Source of the DNA: a virus
DNA: 64,000 nucleotides
IMG/VR virus record: IMGVR_UViG_3300046167_000876
Reading direction: 5' to 3' (one strand)
The translations under genes were made by a program, and so were the position numbers. Below the pieces are notes generated by a model. The model was not told the origin of the DNA. It ran no database searches and saw only the letters and a list, made by a program, of their open reading frames with translations. Shown piece by piece: positions 39,994 to 48,445 of the stretch (the stretch's first letter is position 1; every line of letters starts with the position of its first letter).

Positions 39994-40928
39994 TGAAACA
40001 TTTAGAAGAAACACCTTGGTGGATATGTGATACAGATGATGAAAATTATTGTGCCTACGTTGATACTGATTCTAATTATTTTAATGCTGAACCTTTACTT
40101 TTTAAGTTATATCCTAATTTTGAAGAATTATCTGCAGAAAAAAAAGATGATATTTTAGAAAAGGTAGCAATGAAATATCAAGATGTAATTAATGAAGATT
40201 ATGATAGATTAGCTAAAGAGTGTTTTAATGTAACTGAACATCGACTTGAAATGAAAACTGAATGTGTTATTCGTTCAGCTTATTTTAGAGCAACTCGTCG
40301 TTATGCTCAATGGATTACTAAACAAGAAGGAATTGCTAAAGAATCTTTAGATATTAAAGGTTTGGAATTTATGAAAGCAAATTTTCCACCTATCTTAGGA
40401 TCATTTTTTAATGACATACTTCAACAGGTACTAAAAGGTGAAGAAAAATCTAGTATTTTAGATCAAATTAAAATATTTAAAAAACAAATCTTAGATGGTA
40501 CAATACCACTTACTAAACTAGGTAATCCATCAGCAGTTAAAAAATTAGAAAAATACTCGGGTAAAAATGCTAGAGCAGGAGAAATGTTTACAGAAATACT
40601 TAAAGGAGCTCCTGCACCTGTACGTGCTACAATTCGTTATAATGATTTATTAAGGTTATGGCAATTAGATAAAAAATATAATTTAATTACACAAGCAGAT
40701 AAAGTTAAATGGATTTATTTAAGAGATAACCCTTATAAAATAGAAGCATTAGCATTTCAAGATTTTGATGTGCCTGAAAAAATTAATGATTTTTTAAATG
40801 CTTATGCTGATAGACAAAAAGTATTTGATTCAATATTATTAAATAAATTAGAAGGATTCTTTAGTGACTTACAATGGTCATTAGATTTAAATCCTTATAC
40901 AAATGCATTAGCATCTTTTGAGATATAA
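39993..40928 (+). CDS. DNA polymerase family B, C-terminal subunit (motif C plus thumb)
   Basis: YVDTDS, RRYA, IKGLE. Confidence 0.9.
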   Translation: MKHLEETPWWICDTDDENYCAYVDTDSNYFNAEPLLFKLYPNFEELSAEKKDDILEKVAMKYQDVINEDYDRLAKECFNVTEHRLEMKTECVIRSAYFRATRRYAQWITKQEGIAKESLDIKGLEFMKANFPPILGSFFNDILQQVLKGEEKSSILDQIKIFKKQILDGTIPLTKLGNPSAVKKLEKYSGKNARAGEMFTEILKGAPAPVRATIRYNDLLRLWQLDKKYNLITQADKVKWIYLRDNPYKIEALAFQDFDVPEKINDFLNAYADRQKVFDSILLNKLEGFFSDLQWSLDLNPYTNALASFEI

Positions 40929-40951
40929 AATAAACTTCGTATATTACAACT

Positions 40952-41674
40952 ATGGTAAATAAAACAACACTAACATCAGTTATTTCAAAATATTATTTAA
41001 ATGGTTTAAATAATCAAGTAAAATGGCGTATTAAAGATAACCAATTAACTGTTTATGCGGGTGAAAATGGTAGAGTATGTAAAGTAATACATAATAATTT
41101 TAACCTTGAAGACTCAGAATTAGGTGTATTTGATACTCATAAACTTAGTAAATTACTTTCTATCACCAACGGTGAATTAAATATTTCACTTGAAAAAATT
41201 AAAGCGGTTTATACTAAAATACATATCGCTGATTTAAACTTTGATTTAACTTATTCATTAGCTGATATTTTAATTTTAGGTAAAAATACTTATTATGAAG
41301 ATCCTGAAGAATTTGAAATACAAATTGATTTAACAAATGAAGATATTAATCATTTAATTAAAGCTAAAAGTGCTTTAGCTGATGTTAATAATATGTTAAT
41401 CACAAGTACCACAGATATGGATGGGACTAATATATGTGAAATTATATTTGGTGATAATACAGGATTTTCAAATAAAATTACTTATCAGCTTAGAGGTAAT
41501 ATTACTAAAGGAGATATTCAAATTCCTTTTGATTCAGATATATTTAAAGATATTTTAAATGCTAATAAAGATATGGAAAGTGGTACACTGAAAATATCTG
41601 AAGTAGGAATGTTAAAATTAAATTTTTCAACAACAGAAACAGAAAGTGAATACTTTATTGCAAGAAATGAGTAA
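40952..41674 (+). CDS. Sliding clamp (gp45-like)
   Basis: Size, beta-rich two-domain pattern, follows polB; promoter at 40917-40945. Confidence 0.65.
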   Translation: MVNKTTLTSVISKYYLNGLNNQVKWRIKDNQLTVYAGENGRVCKVIHNNFNLEDSELGVFDTHKLSKLLSITNGELNISLEKIKAVYTKIHIADLNFDLTYSLADILILGKNTYYEDPEEFEIQIDLTNEDINHLIKAKSALADVNNMLITSTTDMDGTNICEIIFGDNTGFSNKITYQLRGNITKGDIQIPFDSDIFKDILNANKDMESGTLKISEVGMLKLNFSTTETESEYFIARNE

Positions 41675-41694
41675 ACACATATGTATAATAGAAC

Positions 41695-42224
41695 ATAAAA
41701 TGGAGCTAGGGCACGTGTTATGTTTAAATTAAATTAACCGAGAGCTACGGCCTCACAAAACTAAATGATATGAGTACATTATTCAATGAACGTACACCGT
41801 TCGACTTACTATTCCGTAACTTTTTTAAAGCAGACGGATCTTTTCAACCAACAACGTTTGACAACAAACAACCTCACCCACTAGATATTTTTTACGACGA
41901 AGAAGGGCTTCACTTTGAGATTGCCTGTACTGGTCTAACTAAAAAAGATATTCAACTAGAAATAGATGGAGATCTTTTAAAAATTATCTATGATAAACCA
42001 AAAGAAGAAGAAGATTATTCTGGTTATATCTATAAAGGATTAGCTAAACGATCTTTTAATCTAGGTTATAAAGTAGCAGCTAAATTTGAACTTGAAAGTT
42101 TAACTGCTGGAATGAAAGATGGCTTACTTCATATTTTTATTCCAATAGCTGAATCTAAGAAGCCAAAAACAATTAAAATTCAATAATAAGTTTTATTAAA
42201 AAAGCGTGTCCTAGCGCATTTTAT
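41695..42224 (+). repeat. Imperfect inverted repeat flanking hsp20 (41695-41716 / 42204-42224)
   Basis: ATAAAATGGAGCTAGGGCACGT pairs with GCGTGTCCTAGCGCATTTTAT: 20 bp with two G-U pairs and a 2x1 internal loop. Confidence 0.85.
41770..42186 (+). CDS. Small heat shock protein Hsp20/IbpA-like
   Basis: HP.DI, EIAC.G..K.DI, YKGLAKRSF, A.MKDGLL.I. Confidence 0.9.
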   Translation: MSTLFNERTPFDLLFRNFFKADGSFQPTTFDNKQPHPLDIFYDEEGLHFEIACTGLTKKDIQLEIDGDLLKIIYDKPKEEEDYSGYIYKGLAKRSFNLGYKVAAKFELESLTAGMKDGLLHIFIPIAESKKPKTIKIQ

Positions 42225-42256
42225 TTCGTATATTAACGTCTAAATAAATAAGTTAT

Positions 42257-42574
42257 ATGATAAAAAAAAGAAAGTCTATTCAGACTATTACCGATCCCTT
42301 ACTAGAACCATTCTTTATTACTAAGGACGAATACAGTTATACTGTAAAACAAAATGTGACATCTGATGCCAATCATTTTAGGGCTAAAGGTAAAGCAAAA
42401 ACTTATGAAAAATCCCTATATTATTATGCTAATTTTGAACAGGCTTTACAAAAAATAGCTAAATTACAAGCTGATATTGAAGATTTTGATAGTTTAGATG
42501 AATATATTAACAATTATACAAAAATAAGTACTAACATTAAAAATTATACAAATGGAATTAGAAGCATTGTTTGA
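42257..42574 (+). CDS. Hypothetical protein
   Basis: 105-aa ORF between hsp20 and groES. Confidence 0.7.
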   Translation: MIKKRKSIQTITDPLLEPFFITKDEYSYTVKQNVTSDANHFRAKGKAKTYEKSLYYYANFEQALQKIAKLQADIEDFDSLDEYINNYTKISTNIKNYTNGIRSIV

Positions 42575-42863
42575 TGCCGTTATTGTAAAACCCCAAGAAG
42601 TTGAAGAAACTACTTATGGGTCAATTATTGTGCCTGATTTAGGTAAAGATAGAAATGAGCATGGAACTGTAGTAGCAGTAGGTCCTGGTAAACCAACTGT
42701 AACTGGAACTTTTTTACCAACAACTGTAAAGGTTGGGGATAAAGTAGTTTTACCAACAGTAGGTTTTACTAAATTACAACATTTAGGAGATGAATATTAT
42801 ATTGGCCCCGAAAATCAAATTTTAGCAAAAATTAACCAAACAGAGAAAAAAGAAGATGAATAA
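42552..42863 (+). CDS. groES: Co-chaperonin GroES
   Basis: LFDAVIVK, G.IIVPD, GTVVAVGPG, VKVGDKV. Confidence 0.92.
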   Translation: MELEALFDAVIVKPQEVEETTYGSIIVPDLGKDRNEHGTVVAVGPGKPTVTGTFLPTTVKVGDKVVLPTVGFTKLQHLGDEYYIGPENQILAKINQTEKKEDE

Positions 42864-44475
42864 ACAAGTTACATTAGGTTCAAAAGCTAGAACCAATTTA
42901 GTAAAAGGAATTGATACCTTAGCTGATGCTGTAGTATCAACACTAGGACCAAATGGTCGAAATGTAGTAATAGCAAACGAAATGGGAGTTCCACAATCAA
43001 CAAAAGATGGAGTTACAGTTGCTAAATCAATTAAACTAAAAGATCCTGAACAAGAATTAGGAGTACAATTAGTAAAACAAGCTGCAATTAAAACAGCTGA
43101 AAAAGCAGGTGATGGTACAACTACATCTACTTTATTAGCTCGTGAAATGGTAAAAGCAGGATTAAATGCTTTAAATAATAATGAAAATGCAGTCCAAATT
43201 AAACGTGATATTGATTCTACAGTTGAAAAAGTAGTTAACAATCTTAGAAACAATATTTCAGAAGATATCTCAGGAGAAGAACAATTAGAACAAATTGCAA
43301 CTATATCAGCAAATAATGATCCAGAAACCGGAAAATTAATTGCTACTGCTATTGACAAAGTAGGAATGGAAGGAGTTGTTCATATAGAAGAATCCCGAAC
43401 AGGAGAAACATATTTGGAAACAGTAGAAGGTATGCAATTTGATAGAGGTTATAAATCCCCGTATTTTGTAACTGATAATAATACAATGACTGCTACTTTA
43501 GATAATCCACTTATATTAATTGCGGATAGTAAAATTACTCAAGTAAAAGAATTATTACCTATTCTTGAAAGTGTTTCTTCACAAGCAAAATCATTACTTA
43601 TTATAGCAGAAGATATTGATCAAGAAGCATTAGCAACTCTTATTGTTAATAAAATGAGAGGTACTATGAAAGTATGTGCTGTAAAAGCCCCAGATTTTGG
43701 TGATAGACGTAAATTAGTTTTAGAAGATATTGCAGTCACAACAGGTGGTGTAGTATTTGATAAACAAAAAGGAATGAAAATGGATAAATTTAGTTGGGAA
43801 TGGTTTGGAGAAGCTAGAACCGCAACTATAGATAAAGAAAAGACAACACTGGTAGATGGAAAAGGAACAATTGAATCAATTGAAACACGTATTGAAGAAC
43901 TACAACAACAAATTGACAAAGCAGACTCACCGTTCGAAATCGAAAAACTCCAAGAAAGACTTGCAAAATTTGTCGGAGGAGTAGCAGTTATTCATGTAGG
44001 TGGAAATACTGAAACTGAAATGAAAGAGAAAAAAGATAGGGTTGATGATGCTTTACATGCAACAAAAGCCGCTATTGAAGAAGGTATAGTACCTGGTGGT
44101 GGAACAGCATTATTATATGCATCATCAGGATTAGAAGCTAAAACAACAGGAGCAGCTATTGTAATAGAAGCTTGTGCTAAACCCTTTAATCAAATTTTAG
44201 TTAATGCTGGGTTTGATGAAGTTAAGGGGCAAATTTTAGCTGATAATTTAGTTAACTCTGGTAATGATACTTGGGCTGGATTTAATATTAAAAATGAAAA
44301 AACAGTTAATATGAAAGAAGCTGGTATTATCGATCCAACTAAAGTAGCAAGAACTGCATTGCAAAATGCGGCATCTGTTGCTGGTACAGTATTACTAACA
44401 GAATGTACTGTAGTAAATGAAATTACTGAGGAAAATCCTCAACAACAAGTTGATCCATCAATGATGGGTTATTAA
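42856..44475 (+). CDS. groEL: Chaperonin GroEL
   Basis: TLGPNGRNV, TKDGVTVAK, GDGTTT, GMQFDRGYKSPYF, KLQERLAK, GIIDPTKV. Confidence 0.97.
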   Translation: MNKQVTLGSKARTNLVKGIDTLADAVVSTLGPNGRNVVIANEMGVPQSTKDGVTVAKSIKLKDPEQELGVQLVKQAAIKTAEKAGDGTTTSTLLAREMVKAGLNALNNNENAVQIKRDIDSTVEKVVNNLRNNISEDISGEEQLEQIATISANNDPETGKLIATAIDKVGMEGVVHIEESRTGETYLETVEGMQFDRGYKSPYFVTDNNTMTATLDNPLILIADSKITQVKELLPILESVSSQAKSLLIIAEDIDQEALATLIVNKMRGTMKVCAVKAPDFGDRRKLVLEDIAVTTGGVVFDKQKGMKMDKFSWEWFGEARTATIDKEKTTLVDGKGTIESIETRIEELQQQIDKADSPFEIEKLQERLAKFVGGVAVIHVGGNTETEMKEKKDRVDDALHATKAAIEEGIVPGGGTALLYASSGLEAKTTGAAIVIEACAKPFNQILVNAGFDEVKGQILADNLVNSGNDTWAGFNIKNEKTVNMKEAGIIDPTKVARTALQNAASVAGTVLLTECTVVNEITEENPQQQVDPSMMGY

Positions 44476-44493
44476 CCAATAAATAATAAAAAA

Positions 44494-44661
44494 ATGACAA
44501 AACAAGAAATTTTTGAGATTATTGAAACAAATTTCAATATCTTAGCAGCAGAAAACGATGGAACTACTAAGGCAAGTCAAGCACGAGCTAGAAAAGCAGC
44601 CCAAGCTATTAAACGAGTAATCACAGATTATAAAAAAGCATCTGTGGCTGAGTCAAAATAG
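44494..44661 (+). CDS. Histone H1-like (Hc1-type) small basic protein (55 aa, not in ORF track)
   Basis: TKASQARARKAAQAIKRVITDYKKAS resembles the Bacteroidota Hc1-like KA...RARK...Y/FRK.S pattern. Confidence 0.65.
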   Translation: MTKQEIFEIIETNFNILAAENDGTTKASQARARKAAQAIKRVITDYKKASVAESK

Positions 44662-44672
44662 TTTCGTATATT

Positions 44673-44942
44673 ATGGCTACAAAGATTGAAGAAAAAAATA
44701 TCCTAATCGCTCGGAGAGTTCCTCCGGGCGACAAATGGAGATTAGTTGCAAATGAACCAGATGGTCCTGTACATAAAACTTTAACTGATGCCTTAGAAGC
44801 ATACATGGTCAAAACAGGATTTAAAGGTCACTACAGGTTAGAACCACTTAAAAGTAGTTTATATGCAATTGATTCTAAAGAAACAGAAGTAATACCAGAA
44901 CCAGAAAAGAAATATTCAATATATGGCGAATACGGAGAATAG
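44673..44942 (+). CDS. Hypothetical protein
   Basis: IARRVPPGDKW, LTDALEAY. Confidence 0.7.
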   Translation: MATKIEEKNILIARRVPPGDKWRLVANEPDGPVHKTLTDALEAYMVKTGFKGHYRLEPLKSSLYAIDSKETEVIPEPEKKYSIYGEYGE

Positions 44943-45858
44943 TTTATTAGTAGAAAAATATAGACCTAAAACATTAAATAATTATGTTGGAAATGAAAAT
45001 ATAAAAAAATCTATATCTGCCTATTTAAACCAAAATGATATTCAAAATTTTATATTTTATGGTCCTGCAGGAACTGGTAAAACAACGTTAGCAAAAATTA
45101 TTGTTAATAGTCTAGACTGTGATCATCTATATATTAATGCTTCTGATGAACGTGGTATTGAAACCATTAGAGATAAAGTTTCTAGTTTTGCATCTGTTGC
45201 TTCGTTTAAACCACTTAAAGTGGTTATTTTAGATGAAGCAGATTTTCTTACAATTCAAGCTCAAGCATCACTTAGAAATATAATTGAAACATTTTCTCGT
45301 ACTACAAGATTTATTATGACTTGTAATTTTGTAGAACGTATTATTGATCCCCTACAATCTAGATGTCAAGTACTTAAAATTGTACCTCCAACCAAAAAAG
45401 ATGTTGCTAAACATTTAAATTGGATTTGTAATGAAGAATCAATTACACATGAAATAAATGATTTAGTACCTCTAGTTAATCAATATTATCCCGATTTACG
45501 TAAGTGTATTAATACTATACAATTATCAACTGTAGATGGTGGGGCAAATGATTTATATCTTAGGTTAGATCAATCCATACTAGTATCATCTAATTATATA
45601 GACAAGGTTATTACTGAATTATCTAAAGGTAATAAAGTATCATCATTTAATACCATACGTCAAATTATAGCAGATGCTAATGTAGATGACTTTGATGAGT
45701 TATTTAGAGCACTTTATGATCGTTCATCTGAATATTATAAAGATAAAGAAGGCACAGCAACACTAGCAATAAACGAACACCAATATAAAGCAAATTTCCG
45801 TATTGACAAGGAAATAAATATAATGTCATTAATTCAAACTTTAATAAAATATAAATAA
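44923..45858 (+). CDS. Clamp loader AAA+ subunit (gp44/RFC-like)
   Basis: EKYRP, GPAGTGKTT, NASDERG, LDEAD, SRC. Confidence 0.93.
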   Translation: MANTENSLLVEKYRPKTLNNYVGNENIKKSISAYLNQNDIQNFIFYGPAGTGKTTLAKIIVNSLDCDHLYINASDERGIETIRDKVSSFASVASFKPLKVVILDEADFLTIQAQASLRNIIETFSRTTRFIMTCNFVERIIDPLQSRCQVLKIVPPTKKDVAKHLNWICNEESITHEINDLVPLVNQYYPDLRKCINTIQLSTVDGGANDLYLRLDQSILVSSNYIDKVITELSKGNKVSSFNTIRQIIADANVDDFDELFRALYDRSSEYYKDKEGTATLAINEHQYKANFRIDKEINIMSLIQTLIKYK

Positions 45859-45865
45859 TTAAACT

Positions 45866-46108
45866 ATGGAACAACCAGTTCAACAACCCAAAATCGATTT
45901 ATCCAACACTACTGCATTAAAAAACTTTGATGGAGGGGATACATTTACTCAACAATTTATCATTCGTAAAGTTTCTAGATTTGTAACAGGTACTGATGAA
46001 GATGCTATGATGCCTATTCCAGTATTTGTATGTACAGAATCAGGTAAAATTGTAGGAGAAGGATTACCTCCTGAATTAAGAGAAGAATATAAAGATCAAC
46101 TTCTTTAA
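45866..46108 (+). CDS. Hypothetical protein
   Basis: 80-aa ORF, IRKVSRF, PIPVFVC. Confidence 0.7.
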   Translation: MEQPVQQPKIDLSNTTALKNFDGGDTFTQQFIIRKVSRFVTGTDEDAMMPIPVFVCTESGKIVGEGLPPELREEYKDQLL

Positions 46109-46521
46109 TGAAAAATATTTTTGATTGGTTAAAAGCAATTAATAATACCAAACCCCCAGCTGAGTCTTTTACAGACAAAGATTGGGAGGTTTGGAACAGT
46201 TATATGATACATAGATTTTTATCTATGAATCCTGATTATTTAGAAATTGTAAATTATGTTCAAGATTTTCCCCCGCAGGAAAAAAGAATGATTTATAATA
46301 TTTATAGAGAATTTATTCCAAAAAATAATAAATGGAGTAAATATATTAAATCTAAAGTAAAACAACCAAATAAAGATTTAATTATTAATATTAAAAATTA
46401 TTTCCAATGTTCATCAAAAGAAGCAAAAGAATATATAAATATATTGGATTCTACAGACGTAGGTCGTATATTATCTAGTATAGGATTAGAAAAAAAAGAA
46501 ATTAAACAATTATTAAAATGA
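46108..46521 (+). CDS. Clamp loader small subunit (gp62-like)
   Basis: FDWL..IN..K, YMIHRFLSM, YF..S..EA.EY; near gp44-like gene. Confidence 0.7.
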   Translation: MKNIFDWLKAINNTKPPAESFTDKDWEVWNSYMIHRFLSMNPDYLEIVNYVQDFPPQEKRMIYNIYREFIPKNNKWSKYIKSKVKQPNKDLIINIKNYFQCSSKEAKEYINILDSTDVGRILSSIGLEKKEIKQLLK

Positions 46522-46748
46522 CAAAAGAATTATATAATATGTTAAAAACATCTGCTGAGGCAGATAAAGCTAAAGCATTATTATCACTTGAATTACTTGG
46601 TAATAAAGCAGTAGGAATTGGAGATCACTCTACAGAAGATTTTTATAAAAATGCTGAAGAAGCACTTATAAATCTAGTTGATGCTGATGATAGATTAGCA
46701 GCACTAAATACTTATTTTCTAGATAGTAAAGAACAAATCAATGGGTGA
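46518..46748 (+). CDS. Hypothetical protein
   Basis: VGIGDHS motif, helical. Confidence 0.7.
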   Translation: MTKELYNMLKTSAEADKAKALLSLELLGNKAVGIGDHSTEDFYKNAEEALINLVDADDRLAALNTYFLDSKEQING

Positions 46749-47220
46749 TTCAGTTAAAAAATACATGGAGAGTTTAGAAAATAAAATTAATAGCGGGGGA
46801 CATTTTGCTTCCAACGCCATCCAATTATCAAAATTTATGAGTGATAGAGAAATTATGAATGCTAAAAACGGGGTATCAACAAAATTAAGTGTACAAGTAT
46901 TCGAAAAAGAATACCCTGAATTATCTAAGGAATTTAAAAAAATCCAAAAAGAAATGTATGAAATGTTTGCCCGTAAACATATGGATTATGGTTTAAATAA
47001 CATTGCTTTAGGTGGAGATATCGTTAATAACAGCGATGATAAACAATTTTCATTAACTGGGTTATGTATTAGATTAACTGACAAAATATCACGTTTAAAA
47101 AATTTACTAATTAATGGTAGATCATTTGTTGAAGGTGAAGGTATGCAAGATACATTTATAGATATTGCTAATTATGGAATAATCGGTCTTTTAGTAGGTC
47201 GAGATAAATGGAAAAAATAG
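46741..47220 (+). CDS. DUF1599 / nucleotide-modification-associated domain protein
   Basis: K..DYG, IR..DK..RL, DT..DIANY.II. Confidence 0.75.
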   Translation: MGDSVKKYMESLENKINSGGHFASNAIQLSKFMSDREIMNAKNGVSTKLSVQVFEKEYPELSKEFKKIQKEMYEMFARKHMDYGLNNIALGGDIVNNSDDKQFSLTGLCIRLTDKISRLKNLLINGRSFVEGEGMQDTFIDIANYGIIGLLVGRDKWKK

Positions 47221-47221
47221 T

Positions 47222-48196
47222 TTGGCTAAAAAACTTCCAAAAATAGTAAAAGAGATTAGAAATAATCCCCCACCACCTATTAATTATGCATATCAAAAGA
47301 ATATATCATATTCTCAGATGTCTATATTTAGAGGATGTCCTCATAGATGGAAACTTCAGTATAAAGATAAAATTAAACGATTTACATCTTCTATCCATAC
47401 TGTATTTGGAACTGCTATGCATGAATCAATGCAATATTATCTAGATTATGCTTATGAAAAATCATTTGCTGCTGCTGATAGAGATATTGATTTAAAAGAA
47501 GATTTTCAAGGTCGATATATAAGTGAATATCAAGTACAATATAGAAAGAATAATGATTCTCATTTTTCTGATGCCGTTGAAATGAGAGAATTTTTTGAAG
47601 ATGGGGTAGCTATTTTAGAATGGTTTAAGAAAAAGCGTAATAGATATTTTAGTAAAAAGGGTACATATTTAGTTGGATGTGAAATACCAATTGTAGTAGC
47701 ACCAAATAAAATGTTAAATAACGTATTATATGTGGGGTATCTTGATGTTGTAACATATTGTGAAACAACAGATACATTTAAAATAATCGATATAAAAACA
47801 AGTACTAATGGGTGGAATGATTATTCTAAAAAAGATGAAAATAAACAATTCCAACTATTACTCTATAAACAATACTTTTCAGAACAATATAATATACCTT
47901 TAAATAAAATTGAAATTGAGTTTTTTATTCTTAAAAGAAAGGTATTAGATCCTAATGATGAAAAGCTTATGTCACCTTATCAAGCTTATAGGGTACAACA
48001 ATTTGCACCACCAAGTGGTAAAATTAAACTATCAAGAGCAAAAAATGCTATTAATGATTTTATTAATGAATGTTTTAATTCAAGTGGTAAAATAAAAGAA
48101 GCAGATTATCCAAAATCTCCTTCTAAATGGAATTGTAATTTTTGTCCTTATGGAGAAGATAAAGAATTATGTGGAGCTAAACAACATTTTTCGTAG
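47222..48196 (+). CDS. PD-(D/E)XK nuclease (RecB/Cas4-like, Fe-S Cys pattern)
   Basis: SYSQ...F..CP, FGTAMH, GYLD, IIDIKTS, QL.LY, C.FCPY...C. Confidence 0.85.
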   Translation: MAKKLPKIVKEIRNNPPPPINYAYQKNISYSQMSIFRGCPHRWKLQYKDKIKRFTSSIHTVFGTAMHESMQYYLDYAYEKSFAAADRDIDLKEDFQGRYISEYQVQYRKNNDSHFSDAVEMREFFEDGVAILEWFKKKRNRYFSKKGTYLVGCEIPIVVAPNKMLNNVLYVGYLDVVTYCETTDTFKIIDIKTSTNGWNDYSKKDENKQFQLLLYKQYFSEQYNIPLNKIEIEFFILKRKVLDPNDEKLMSPYQAYRVQQFAPPSGKIKLSRAKNAINDFINECFNSSGKIKEADYPKSPSKWNCNFCPYGEDKELCGAKQHFS

Positions 48197-48244
48197 GTTT
48201 CCACATACGTATATATATAAATAATGTTTTAATAAATAAAGACT

Positions 48245-48445
48245 ATGAGTTCAACAAAAAACCAAACACTAACTAGTGTTAAAGTCCAAACCCCTTTATT
48301 TGAGGAATTTAAAATTGAATGTGTAAAGCGTAAATTTTCATTTCAAAAACTTGCTGATCGTGCTTTGTTTTTGTATCTTACAGATGAAGATTTTCGTAAA
48401 AAAATTACAAATCAAATTAACCTCCAAATAAAAAAGAATGGATAG
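48245..48445 (+). CDS. Ribbon-helix-helix-like small DNA-binding protein
   Basis: LTSVKV...LFEEFK...SFQKLADRA. Confidence 0.55.
   Translation: MSSTKNQTLTSVKVQTPLFEEFKIECVKRKFSFQKLADRALFLYLTDEDFRKKITNQINLQIKKNG

Noticed and set aside
41675-42856. CIRCE operator for heat-shock genes, or IS-type terminal inverted repeats around hsp20
   Set aside because: No TTAGCACTC-N9-GAGTGCTAA; no transposase or target duplication; IR mismatches are G-U compatible
47222-48196. Cas4 as part of a CRISPR system
   Set aside because: No array or other cas genes; stand-alone PD-(D/E)XK nucleases are common in phage replication modules
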